A stretch of 64,000 bases of DNA. It comes from Nitrososphaerota archaeon (lineage in GTDB: Archaea; Thermoproteota; Nitrososphaeria_A; Caldarchaeales; Calditenuaceae). Location of the stretch: positions 544,001 through 608,000 of the forward strand of contig JBEPYO010000001.1 in the NCBI GenBank assembly GCA_041641295.1. Reading direction: 5' to 3'. Positions within the stretch are counted from its first letter, which is position 1. Every line of letters starts with the position of its first letter. Under the pieces are notes generated by a model, which was given only the letters and a program-made list of their open reading frames with translations, was not told where the DNA came from and made no database searches. Made by a program: the position numbers and the translations under genes. This document shows positions 9,626-18,917 of the stretch, piece by piece.

Positions 9626-11122
9626 TTAGACCGTATCACTTATGTAGTGATGTGGCTTACTCAGGGACTTGAAGAGCTGGGCTAGGAATATGGCCTGAGC
9701 CGCTGCGAGGAGTACCCCGAAGCCTACAAGGCCCAATACACCAGTATCGCTGGGTATTGGGAGTGGGTATGCTCTTCTGGGTGTTCCCGCACCTCCCATG
9801 AAGGCCATGAAGTAGAATAGGCCTAGCGCCGCCACAGCCGTCAATATTATGTGGATGTATGCCAGCTTCTTGTTCACTTCTGTTCCAAAGAGGAGCCTGT
9901 AGCTGTGGTAGAGGGCGCCTATCCAGATCAGGGATACTGCGAGGAGTATTGTCATTAAGTGGGCGGTTACCGCATAGGTTCCGTGGAGCCTGTAGGCCCA
10001 GCCAATTGTCCCCAGCTGCATCGCGAGGAAGCCATCGACTATGTAGACGGCAAAACCGAGCATGGCCGCTAGGGAGGCCGGAGTGAGCCTCAGACCAAAG
10101 GCATACGCAGTTGCAAGGACGTTAAAGACGGAAAAGGCCGCCCCAAAGCCTGTCAACCAGCTGGCTATCTGGCCCGTGTAGCTAAGCCCTGCCGGCTGTG
10201 ACGTGGGCATGGTGAAGAGGTGGTGTGGAAAAGCTATTACCGCCGCGGTTGAGTAGAAAACTATTGCGAAGATTCCCAGCTTCTCACTGTAGAGCCTCGG
10301 CTCCACAACTTCAGAGCTTCTCAATACCGCGGTATACCGCGGGATTAGCCAATAGACAGTCCCTATCGCCATTATACCCATCGCCTCCATCAAGTTGTGA
10401 GCCCAGATCCAGAAGGGATAGTTGAAGTTTAGGGGGTGTAAGACCCAGCCCGCCGAGCTTAGGGGGATTGCGCCGAGGAGCGCGAGTCCTATTGTTACTG
10501 CTCCAATGGCGATTGCGGTGCCGAGTGGGGGGATGATGAATATGTAGGGGAGCATACCCGCCATACCCGCGGGATTGAGGGTTCCCACGAACCGCTCTAG
10601 CACGAAGGCTTCCTGGGTCTTTCCACCGAACATTAGTCTCGCGAGCGACGCAGGATATAATGTAATGATAACGGCAAGGACTAGGATTATGCCCCAAACA
10701 AATATAGTGAGGCCCTCGAGGGACCAGAGCCCCTTCAATGCACCTGAAGCGGGAAGAGGGAACATTAACGTATAGCTTGTCCTTACTCCGAAGACGAATA
10801 TTGCTGCGAGTATTAGAAGAAGCCCAACGTTAAGGGTGAAGTATGAAGCTTTCACGAGAGGCCCCTTTACAGATTTACCGTAGCAGAATCCTACCCTCAG
10901 TAGGGATAGGCCCATCATGAGCTGGAAAAGTCCTCCGAAAGGCATCACAACTCCGTGGAATGTGAGGAGCATGTTGTAGTCCGCTATTCTTAGAGCGCCT
11001 GTTAGATGAGCGAGCACCATTGCAAGTCCTGCGGCTCCACCAGCGAAGAACCAGGCAATCGAGGAGAGAATCATCAGTCTCGGATAATATGTCAGGTCCT
11101 CAAGCCTGATTTGCGAGGCCAT
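9626..11122 (-). CDS. Heme-copper oxidase superfamily subunit I, nitric oxide reductase type (nNOR-like)
   Basis: TFHGVVM, WAHNLME (Glu at the Tyr position), FPHHLF, TAHLM (Met at the second His), TPRRAY; start MASQIRL at 11122. Confidence 0.85.
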   Translation of the reverse strand: MASQIRLEDLTYYPRLMILSSIAWFFAGGAAGLAMVLAHLTGALRIADYNMLLTFHGVVMPFGGLFQLMMGLSLLRVGFCYGKSVKGPLVKASYFTLNVGLLLILAAIFVFGVRTSYTLMFPLPASGALKGLWSLEGLTIFVWGIILVLAVIITLYPASLARLMFGGKTQEAFVLERFVGTLNPAGMAGMLPYIFIIPPLGTAIAIGAVTIGLALLGAIPLSSAGWVLHPLNFNYPFWIWAHNLMEAMGIMAIGTVYWLIPRYTAVLRSSEVVEPRLYSEKLGIFAIVFYSTAAVIAFPHHLFTMPTSQPAGLSYTGQIASWLTGFGAAFSVFNVLATAYAFGLRLTPASLAAMLGFAVYIVDGFLAMQLGTIGWAYRLHGTYAVTAHLMTILLAVSLIWIGALYHSYRLLFGTEVNKKLAYIHIILTAVAALGLFYFMAFMGGAGTPRRAYPLPIPSDTGVLGLVGFGVLLAAAQAIFLAQLFKSLSKPHHYISDTV

Positions 11123-11123
11123 C

Positions 11124-11678
11124 TTAACCCACCACCTTGAACTTTGATAGCATCGCCGAGTGCCCGTCCCCGCAGAACTCCAAGCACCTGATGACATACT
11201 CGCCCGGCTCCACTAGATTTAGGACCAGTTCCTCCCTCATGCCAGGCAACAGCATCACAGTAGCTAGTATCTCCCCGCGCGGCGAGTAAATTGTTAGACT
11301 GTGGATGGTGTCATGTGCCCTCGCCACAAACTTCACAGTCCCGGCCTTGACCTCGTAGGTGTCGATCGTGTAACCCCACATGAAGGCTTCAACGTTTACG
11401 GCCTGCACGGGCTCTGAGGGTGTCTGACCCGGTGTGGCTGCTAGTGGCTGGAGCCATGGAATCCAAGGTATGCTGACCAAGTTAATCACTGCCCAAGCTA
11501 TGCCAACCCCCATCAGCCAAGCTACCTCCATCCCCCGAGCTGCCTTCTCGCCCAGAACCGCACCAGACAAGCTCCTACCCCTCCTGAAGGCGAGGAGCAG
11601 TAATAGTGTGAAGATGACTAGGAATGGCGCTGTTAGGTAGAGCAGGAGGAGTATTGCACCCCATCCCGTGCCCAGCAT
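11124..11678 (-). CDS. CuA-containing subunit II of the heme-copper enzyme
   Basis: Two TM helices, then cupredoxin domain with DTIHSL and CLEFCGDGHSAM CuA ligands. Confidence 0.92.
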   Translation of the reverse strand: MLGTGWGAILLLLYLTAPFLVIFTLLLLLAFRRGRSLSGAVLGEKAARGMEVAWLMGVGIAWAVINLVSIPWIPWLQPLAATPGQTPSEPVQAVNVEAFMWGYTIDTYEVKAGTVKFVARAHDTIHSLTIYSPRGEILATVMLLPGMREELVLNLVEPGEYVIRCLEFCGDGHSAMLSKFKVVG

Positions 11679-11819
11679 TACAGGACAGCCTGTTGAGGGG
11701 CCATTATATTAGTATTATCTTAGTTCTCGTCAATAGCCATCTTAGTCTGGACATATTAAAGGTTTGGACGAAATAGAGCAAGCCCCCATAAATGTGTAAA
11801 TGCTGCCTACGCCATATGG

Positions 11820-12482
11820 ATGGGTGGACGGGGCTTGAGGGTTCTTTTCCGCGACAGGGTCGATGCGGGTTTGAGGCTTGCGGAGGAGTTGAAGGACTAT
11901 CTGGGGCCAGGCTCAGTGGTCTATGGTATTGCGCGGGGCGGGGTCGTGGTTGCGGGTGTTGTGGCTCGAAAGATTGGCTGCGCCCTCGACGTCATAGTCG
12001 CGAAGAAGATTGGCGCCCCCTTAAACCCCGAGCTGGCAGCCGCAGCAGTCACCGAGTTTGGAGATGTGGAGGTGGAGAATGAGGTGGCGGCCTTCTATGG
12101 GATTTCGCGAGAGACGATAATGAAGAGGGCATCTGAGCATCTTCCCGAACTCCAGAGGCGGGCGGCGAGTTATAGAGGTGGCAGAGGGTTCATAGACCCG
12201 GCGGGGAAGGCTGTAGCCATCATAGACGACGGCCTCGCCACAGGCACAACAATGCTGGCGGCTGTCCAGTCAATAAAGAAGATGAACCCTTCAAAACTGA
12301 TAGCCTCGGCGCCAGTGGCCTCCACTACTGCCGCCTCTAGGCTCAGACCACTTGTGGACAAGATAGTATGCCCCTATGTGGAGGAGGAGTTCTACGCTGT
12401 AGGAGAGTTTTATGAAAATTTCTCACAAGTAACCGACGCTGAGGTTGTTAGATATTTGAGAGAAGGTGGGAGTCTCTATTAG
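11820..12482 (+). CDS. Phosphoribosyltransferase family protein
   Basis: FRDRVDAG, ARGGVVVA, KKIGAPLNPELA, PRPP loop IIDDGLATGTT. Confidence 0.9.
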   Translation: MGGRGLRVLFRDRVDAGLRLAEELKDYLGPGSVVYGIARGGVVVAGVVARKIGCALDVIVAKKIGAPLNPELAAAAVTEFGDVEVENEVAAFYGISRETIMKRASEHLPELQRRAASYRGGRGFIDPAGKAVAIIDDGLATGTTMLAAVQSIKKMNPSKLIASAPVASTTAASRLRPLVDKIVCPYVEEEFYAVGEFYENFSQVTDAEVVRYLREGGSLY

Positions 12483-13228
12483 GTGGTGTTTAGCGCTGCG
12501 TAACCCTTCTTCTCAAGCTCCTCGGCCAGCTCAAAGCCCCCAGACGCTATTATCCTCCCATCATACATAACATGCACAACATCGGGTTTTAGATAGTTTA
12601 GAATCCGCGCATAGTGGGTTATGACGAGGAATCCTGTCCCCTTCTCTCCGTTTATCTTCTTGATAGAGTTGGCCACAATCTTCACACTGTCTATGTCGAG
12701 TCCTGAGTCTGTTTCGTCTAGTATCGCGATGCGTGGGTTGAGCGTGGCGAGCTGGACGATCTCGCTCCTCTTCTTCTCTCCACCCGAGAAGCCCTCGTTC
12801 AAGTATCTCTTGGCGAAGGACTCATCCATCTGTAGTAGCTTGAAATTCTCGACGAGCAGCTTGTGGAACTCCGAGACCGAGAGCTTCTTTGTGCTCTCGC
12901 CATGGATTGAGAGGTAGGCGCGCCGGAGGAAGTTAGCCATAGTGACGCCGCTTATCTCCACCGGATACTGGAATGCTAGGAACAATCCGCGCTTCGCCCT
13001 AGCGTCGGGTGAGAGGCCGAGTATGCTCTCTCCGTCAAGGAGTATGTCGCCCTTCTCGACGGTGTATTTCGGGTGACCCATAATGACCTGCGCGGTCGTG
13101 CTTTTCCCGCTTCCATTCGGACCCATGAGAGCAGCTATCTCTCCCTCCTTTACTACTAGGTTCACACCTTTCAGTATCGTCTTCCCCTCGATGCCAGCCC
13201 AGAGATCCCTCAGCTCCAATATAGCCAT
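12479..13228 (-). CDS. sufC: Fe-S cluster assembly ATPase SufC
   Basis: GPNGSGKST, LFLAFQYPVEI, YLNEGFSGGEKKRSE, LDETDSGLDID, ITHY. Confidence 0.95.
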   Translation of the reverse strand: MAILELRDLWAGIEGKTILKGVNLVVKEGEIAALMGPNGSGKSTTAQVIMGHPKYTVEKGDILLDGESILGLSPDARAKRGLFLAFQYPVEISGVTMANFLRRAYLSIHGESTKKLSVSEFHKLLVENFKLLQMDESFAKRYLNEGFSGGEKKRSEIVQLATLNPRIAILDETDSGLDIDSVKIVANSIKKINGEKGTGFLVITHYARILNYLKPDVVHVMYDGRIIASGGFELAEELEKKGYAALNTT

Positions 13229-13409
13229 CTCCGGTAGCTACGGTGGTTGAGGCACGATAAAAACCCCAATCAATAACACGCGCCGCGTCAGATTACTCGG
13301 ACGATAGGGTCTCATAGTTGCGGGGTTTAGGGGCTGGAGTCGTAGCAGACCCTCTGCCCATATCCGGGGAAGTGTGGATATATATCCACGCTCTTCGATT
13401 TTGTTGAGC

Positions 13410-15905
13410 ATGACCATCATCTACCCCTACTATAAGCCGGGCCGCGGATTCGCCTACCCTGAATACGTTTCCCGGTTTCCACCCGTCAACAATTTCCGGG
13501 TGGGTCATCTGAGGCTGGAGCTTTGGATAGACTTTGAGGGGGAGTCGCTTAGGGGTTTGGAGGAGGTTGAGGTTGAGCACAACGCTGGTGGTGGATGGAT
13601 TGTTTTTGATGCTTGTGAGATGTGGATTGACGGTGTCAAGGTTGATGGGAAAGCGGCAGAGTGGAGGTATGATGGGGAGAAGCTACGAGTCCGGCTGGAC
13701 TCTGGGAAGGGCAGGGTGGAGATTGCATATAGAGCTAAGCCGAGGAAGGGCTTCCACTTCATAAAGCCTGACAAGGCCAATCCGGGGAGAGCCCCCCAGG
13801 CCTGGAGTCAGGGCGAGACCGAGTATAACAGGTATTGGCTGCCACTGGTCGATCACCCCTCACATAAACACACCTCTGAAATCATAGTCTATGTCCCACC
13901 AGGCTTCATAGCAGTCTCTAATGGAGACTTGGTATCTAGGGGCTCGAGGGAGGGGTGGGACTACTGGCACTGGAGGATGGATAAGCCCCACTCGCCATAC
14001 CTCATCAGCGTTGTCGCCGGTGTTTTCGAGGAGTATGGCGAAGAGTTTAACGGTGTGAAGTTGAGCTACTATGTCCCACCCGGCTATGGAAAATACTACC
14101 GCCTCAGCTTCGAGAAGACGCCGAAAATACTCGAGTTCTTCTCCAAGTACCTAGACTATCCATACCCCTATAGCAAGTATGCGCAGGTCGCCGTCTACGA
14201 GTTTATTTTCGGAGGGATGGAAAACACAACAGCAACTACCCTGACCGAACTCACACTGCATGATGAGAAGGCTCACGTCGACTTCTCCAGCGACCCACTC
14301 GTAGCTCATGAGGCGGCCCACCAGTGGTTCGGAGACCTCGTCACGTGTAGAGACTGGCCCCACATCTGGCTCAACGAGAGCTTCGCCACATTCCTAGAGA
14401 ACCTGTTTGTGAGGTATGATAAGGGTGAGGACGAGTTCGTCTACGAGAATATTAGGGACATGGACGCATACCTAAGCGAGTATAGAGAATACTATGCGAG
14501 GCCTATAGTGACGCGCGTCTACAGGTATGCTGCCGAGCTCTTCGACGCACATGCGTATCCGAAGGGTGGGGTCATACTCAATATGCTCCGAGCACTCCTA
14601 GGCGAGGATACTTTCAGAAAGGGGTTGAACCTATTTCTAAAGAGGTATGCTTACTCTGTCGCTGACACGGAGGACTTCAGGAAGGTCATGGAGGAGGTCT
14701 CGGGAAGGAGTCTGGAACAGTTTTTCGAGCAGTTCTTCTACAATGCGGGACACCCGGCGATCAGGGTGGAGGAGGAGTGGAGGGATGGGACTAGGCAGCT
14801 GGTGCTGAGGTTTAAGCAGACCCAGGGCGACGACTCCCTCCCAGTCTACCACCTAGACATACCTGTGAGGGTCAAGACAAAGACCACCGAGAAGTTATTC
14901 ACCGTGGAGCTTAGGGAGAGGGAGGTTACACACGTAATAAGTCTGGACGAGCAGCCGGAGCTTGTCTGCATAGACCCACGCTTTGAGGTCTTTAAGACTC
15001 TAGAATTAGCGCGGGGGGTTGAGCAGCACATCAAGGTCCTAGAGTCGGATGAGCATGTCTATTGTAGGGTTTTGGCGGCGCGGGCGCTTGGCAGGCTTGG
15101 CGGGGCTAAGGCGGTCGAGGCGTTGAAGAAGAGCGTTATTGGGGATAGGTTCTGGGGTGTCTCGGCCGAGGCGGCTAAAGCCTTGGGAGAACTCAGGACA
15201 GAAGAGGCCAAGAATGCGCTGCTGGAGGCACTATCCACTGTCACCAACGCGAAGGTGAGGAGGCCCATCTGTGAGGCGCTGGGAAACTTCAGGGGGCGAG
15301 ACGTGGTGGATGCCCTCTCAAAGGTCCTCTCAAACGATGAGGAGAGCTACTACGTCAGACAGGCCGCAGCCATGAGCCTTGGGAAAACCAAGGAGGAGGG
15401 CGTCTACGATATCCTCCTCAGATACATCGACACACCATCCCACGCTTCTGCGATAACCGTGGGGGTTTTGAGGGGGCTTGCGGAGCTGGGCGGCGAGGAG
15501 GCTTTGAAGATACTGTTGAGGTATGCGGAGGCTGATAAGCAGTCGCCCGTGAGGGCTGCGGCAGTTGCGTCGCTCGGCAAGTTCCCGGGGCGGAGAGAGG
15601 TGGTGGAGGCTCTCCGGCACTATGCGCGGGACCCGAACTACAGGGTTAGGCGGGCTGTGGTGGCGGCCTGCAGAGAGTTGCTCAGCGCAGAGGCGATAGG
15701 GATTCTTGAGGATATTGCGCAGAACGATGTCTATGAGATGAACCGTAGAGCTGCCCGCGACGCTGCGGAGAGGGTTAGGAAGAGCTTGGAGAGGGGTGTC
15801 GAGTATAAGGAGCTGAGGGAGGAGCTTGAGAGGATAAAGGAGGAGAACAGAAGACTCGTGGAGAGAGTCTCGATCCTTGCTGGGGCGATAGAGTCTAAGG
15901 CTTAA
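13410..15905 (+). CDS. M1 aminopeptidase with C-terminal HEAT repeats and coiled coil
   Basis: GGMEN, HEAAHQWFGD...WLNESFA zinc motif, AYPKGG; repeated AAxALG HEAT units; ATG at 13410 preferred as start. Confidence 0.92.
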   Translation: MTIIYPYYKPGRGFAYPEYVSRFPPVNNFRVGHLRLELWIDFEGESLRGLEEVEVEHNAGGGWIVFDACEMWIDGVKVDGKAAEWRYDGEKLRVRLDSGKGRVEIAYRAKPRKGFHFIKPDKANPGRAPQAWSQGETEYNRYWLPLVDHPSHKHTSEIIVYVPPGFIAVSNGDLVSRGSREGWDYWHWRMDKPHSPYLISVVAGVFEEYGEEFNGVKLSYYVPPGYGKYYRLSFEKTPKILEFFSKYLDYPYPYSKYAQVAVYEFIFGGMENTTATTLTELTLHDEKAHVDFSSDPLVAHEAAHQWFGDLVTCRDWPHIWLNESFATFLENLFVRYDKGEDEFVYENIRDMDAYLSEYREYYARPIVTRVYRYAAELFDAHAYPKGGVILNMLRALLGEDTFRKGLNLFLKRYAYSVADTEDFRKVMEEVSGRSLEQFFEQFFYNAGHPAIRVEEEWRDGTRQLVLRFKQTQGDDSLPVYHLDIPVRVKTKTTEKLFTVELREREVTHVISLDEQPELVCIDPRFEVFKTLELARGVEQHIKVLESDEHVYCRVLAARALGRLGGAKAVEALKKSVIGDRFWGVSAEAAKALGELRTEEAKNALLEALSTVTNAKVRRPICEALGNFRGRDVVDALSKVLSNDEESYYVRQAAAMSLGKTKEEGVYDILLRYIDTPSHASAITVGVLRGLAELGGEEALKILLRYAEADKQSPVRAAAVASLGKFPGRREVVEALRHYARDPNYRVRRAVVAACRELLSAEAIGILEDIAQNDVYEMNRRAARDAAERVRKSLERGVEYKELREELERIKEENRRLVERVSILAGAIESKA

Positions 15906-16293
15906 GAGGTATCCGTCTTACAGCTCCGCACGAGCCACAGGTCACGGTGACTGTTAAGCCCGCCCGCCCTCTCCTCACCCTGACCCTTGACACGTCAAAC
16001 CTGTACGGTGTCATACACTTCCTACAAATCAGTAGGCTGAGCCTCCTCGGTATCCTTACCCTGAAGCTCCTAGAGAGCTCCACGGCGTGGGCCATAGCCT
16101 CTCTCCTAAGCGTTTCATCGGTTGTGGAGAGGGCTATCTCTAAGAGCCTAAGCACTTCGCCCACCGCAACCCCGCGAACATCCCGCCTCAACGATACTAC
16201 ATTATCGAGGAACAGCTCGGAATTTTTTGATATTGCTCCTGCTTTGGGGTGGACACCGTGTGTATAGGGTTTATATGCTGAGAGAGATGACAT
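15895..16293 (-). CDS. rnp4: RNase P protein component 4 (Rpp21); true start probably well downstream of 16293
   Basis: RVRIPRRLSLLICRKC...VRVRRG...TCGSCGAVRRIP zinc ribbon typical of Rpp21. Confidence 0.75.
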   Translation of the reverse strand: MSSLSAYKPYTHGVHPKAGAISKNSELFLDNVVSLRRDVRGVAVGEVLRLLEIALSTTDETLRREAMAHAVELSRSFRVRIPRRLSLLICRKCMTPYRFDVSRVRVRRGRAGLTVTVTCGSCGAVRRIPLKP

Positions 16294-16302
16294 GGGACAG
16301 CG

Positions 16303-16914
16303 ATGCCATCAAAGATCACATTGGGGCTTATACTCTCTGCCGCCGGTATGATAATCTCGTTGGCAGCGCCCCTCATACATATAGCCCTAGTCTCCAGCGG
16401 CGTGGAGAGTTTTTTAGCACTTGAAACTGTGCCAGGACTTCCACTCCACCTACTCCTCTCGGTAGTTGGGGTTCCAATTGCCCTGTCAGGTCTCTTCCTC
16501 TTCAGGAGGGGGGTTAGGGAGGAGCTCTCAGCCGAGAGGATGATCTCGCTGGACAGGGAGTCTGTTATCCAGAGCCTTGAGGAGAGAGGTGTGATAAGGG
16601 AGAGGAATGTGAATACGCTAGAGGAGCTCCCACGCACCTCCGAGGCAGAGTCTCTGAGGAGGGGGATAAAAGTGAAGAGTGCGGGGCTCTCCCTCATATG
16701 CCCGAAATGCGGTTTTGAGACACCCCTGGGTGAGAGTAAATGCAGGAATTGTGGGGAGAAGTTCACCCAGAGCAGCGACCCAGTTAGGGCTTGCCCAATA
16801 TGTGGCGGAGACCTAGCGAGTGCTCGAAAAATGGGGGGAGACGTCTACGTGTGCGGGATCTGCTTCAGTGAGCTCGAGATTGACGAGCAGACGGCCCGGA
16901 GGATATTCGTTTAG
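16303..16914 (+). CDS. Membrane-anchored multi zinc-ribbon protein
   Basis: Two TM helices followed by CPKC, CRNC, CPIC and CGIC. Confidence 0.75.
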   Translation: MPSKITLGLILSAAGMIISLAAPLIHIALVSSGVESFLALETVPGLPLHLLLSVVGVPIALSGLFLFRRGVREELSAERMISLDRESVIQSLEERGVIRERNVNTLEELPRTSEAESLRRGIKVKSAGLSLICPKCGFETPLGESKCRNCGEKFTQSSDPVRACPICGGDLASARKMGGDVYVCGICFSELEIDEQTARRIFV

Positions 16915-16923
16915 GCGGTTACC

Positions 16924-17223
16924 ATGAATAGTGAGCCGCACCCCGAGGATATTGAGATAGACTCTGCTGAGACAAGGGGGAGGGTCAGTACTTTCACAGG
17001 CAGCTTCCTCCTCGGAGACAACAGATACAGGTTCAACGGCATAGCCGTCATGACAATCGGCGGCCCGACAGTGGGTGTCTCATTATCGAGCGAGACGGAG
17101 GCTGAGCTTCTCTCCAAGGGTTTTTCGAGGGAGCAGATTGAAAGCATTCTGGCAGAGGTTCAGCGACGCATCGTAGAAGGTAGTTTCAGGGTCAGTGGAG
17201 ATATCCGATTCCTCGAGGAATAG
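16924..17223 (+). CDS. Hypothetical protein
   Basis: 99 aa acidic ORF, 9 nt after the previous stop. Confidence 0.65.
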   Translation: MNSEPHPEDIEIDSAETRGRVSTFTGSFLLGDNRYRFNGIAVMTIGGPTVGVSLSSETEAELLSKGFSREQIESILAEVQRRIVEGSFRVSGDIRFLEE

Positions 17224-17270
17224 GCTGTGGAATATGGGGGACGGATGTTAAAGCTATATCCGAGGAGTAG

Positions 17271-17708
17271 ATGCGCAGTCCCGTGAGCACCCTAGAGAAC
17301 GAGGCAGTGCAGACACTTACCGCCGTCCTCGAAGCCATCAAAAATAAGGACCACACCAGGCTACTGGACCTCCACTCAAGCAAAGGTTACACACTCTACA
17401 ACGACGCCCCTCCATACCAGCTATTAGAGGATGAGATGGCCCTCAGACTGAAGCTCAGCCTACTGAACCAAGTCCAGGACATCTCATACCAGCTGCGGGA
17501 CCTACACCTCAACATCTACGGCGATGTGGCTTACGCCGCGTATGAGCTCGAGATGAGCGGCATACTTGTCTACCAGTACAGGTTTGAGGGGCAGAGGTGG
17601 GTGAGAAGGGCGCGGTGCACGACGATAATGGTGCGCGAGGAGGGTTCGTGGAAAATTGTACACGAGCATTTCTCACCCATAGGGCCTAGCTCGTCAGCCA
17701 CTTTATGA
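17271..17708 (+). CDS. NTF2-like/SnoaL-like protein
   Basis: GDVAYA...RCTTIMVREEGSWKIVHEHFS. Confidence 0.8.
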   Translation: MRSPVSTLENEAVQTLTAVLEAIKNKDHTRLLDLHSSKGYTLYNDAPPYQLLEDEMALRLKLSLLNQVQDISYQLRDLHLNIYGDVAYAAYELEMSGILVYQYRFEGQRWVRRARCTTIMVREEGSWKIVHEHFSPIGPSSSATL

Positions 17709-18075
17709 GACCCTCCACATCGTCAGTCTCAATCTCCAAGCTGATGTCGCCTAGGCCGGGCCTCTCATCCTCGTCGAGAATAGACGCCACTCCGACGTAG
17801 GCGGCGTGTTTGCTTAGCCGGGCCCTAACCACTCCCCCGCTCGATCCTGAGCGTAGGAGCCTCCCGGCGGCGGCCCTCACCCTCCTCATCCTCCAATTCT
17901 CCTTGAGATACTTCAGTGCTGAGAGCTCCGTCGACTCGGCCTCTACGAAGGTCCTCCCACCCTCCTCCGAGACCCTGAACTCGAGGGTTGGGAAAATCTT
18001 CCGAACAGCCCTCAATACACGCTCCACATCCTCCGTCGGAAAAACCTCCGCCCTAACGCTCACCCTCACATACAT
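17686..18075 (-). CDS. UPF0201 family putative RNA-binding protein
   Basis: VRAEVFPTEDVERVLRAVRKIFP and LSKHAAYVG; start at ATG 18075 rather than the long track start. Confidence 0.8.
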   Translation of the reverse strand: MYVRVSVRAEVFPTEDVERVLRAVRKIFPTLEFRVSEEGGRTFVEAESTELSALKYLKENWRMRRVRAAAGRLLRSGSSGGVVRARLSKHAAYVGVASILDEDERPGLGDISLEIETDDVEGLIKWLTS

Positions 18076-18187
18076 ATTCCCGCCAATCCAGAAGGGCATC
18101 CTACGAATTAAATCCTGAGGGGCTCCCTCGTCCTTGCCGGGAGCGCTCTCAGTTATTAACAGGCAGCCTGTGTATATCCTTTGACGG

Positions 18188-18874
18188 TTGAGAAACTCCA
18201 CATTTATCGCGGTTTGGGAGGGGACGGACGGGTCAGGGAAGACAACGCTGATGAAGCGTGTAGCACGAGTACTCTCTAGGCGCGGCTTCAAGGTAGTCAC
18301 ACACAAGACGCCGGGAGCCATGCAGAGCGGAAGATTCGCGGTCTCATACGGCAACAGCCCAAGAATCTCACCCCTGAGCAGGATGATGCTCTTTCTCGCC
18401 AACACGGTCGACGAGACAGGCGCGATGGTCAGAAAGGTCATGCGGTCGAAGCCGGACTTCCTCTTCATAGACAGGTACTATCTCTGCTCCGCTGTCTATG
18501 GTCTCGCACTGATAAGGCATCGGCGGGGGCTCCAAGACCTGCCATCTATAGTTGAGCTGGTTGGTCTCTTGGAGAGGCTTGGTAGGTCCGACTACTTGGC
18601 TCCCGATGTCTATTTGATAGTGGATGTGGGTGAGGAGGAGAGGCTTAGGCGGCTTCGAGGCAAGCGGGGCCGTGAAGGCGTGCTCGAGAGGGATACCGTC
18701 TTCCAGAACATGGTGAGGGAGATATACGACGAGTTCAGCAAGTCTAGGCCCGGCCAAGTAATCAAACTTCTAAACGAGCCAAATAGGCTCGAGGAGCTCG
18801 CAGATTCAACCGCAAGTAAGCTGGCTGAGCTGAGGGCACAGGCATTATCGGCGCAACAGGCGCAAAAACCTTAA
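18188..18874 (+). CDS. tmk: Thymidylate kinase family protein
   Basis: FIAVWEGTDGSGKTT, LFLAN, IDRYYLCSAVYG, PDVYLIVD. Confidence 0.8.
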   Translation: MRNSTFIAVWEGTDGSGKTTLMKRVARVLSRRGFKVVTHKTPGAMQSGRFAVSYGNSPRISPLSRMMLFLANTVDETGAMVRKVMRSKPDFLFIDRYYLCSAVYGLALIRHRRGLQDLPSIVELVGLLERLGRSDYLAPDVYLIVDVGEEERLRRLRGKRGREGVLERDTVFQNMVREIYDEFSKSRPGQVIKLLNEPNRLEELADSTASKLAELRAQALSAQQAQKP

Positions 18875-18917
18875 TCTTAAAGCCAGTCAACTCCTCTTCC
18901 CGAAGAGTGTAATCCGC

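Noticed and set aside
9626-11197. Annotation as aa3/ba3 cytochrome c oxidase, with the 11197 start
   Set aside because: No HPxVY Tyr and no HxH pair; the extra 25 N-terminal residues overlap subunit II.
18076-18468. N-terminal half of the 260 aa ORF 17686..18468
   Set aside because: Mostly antisense to tmk; the recognisable UPF0201 domain starts at 18075.
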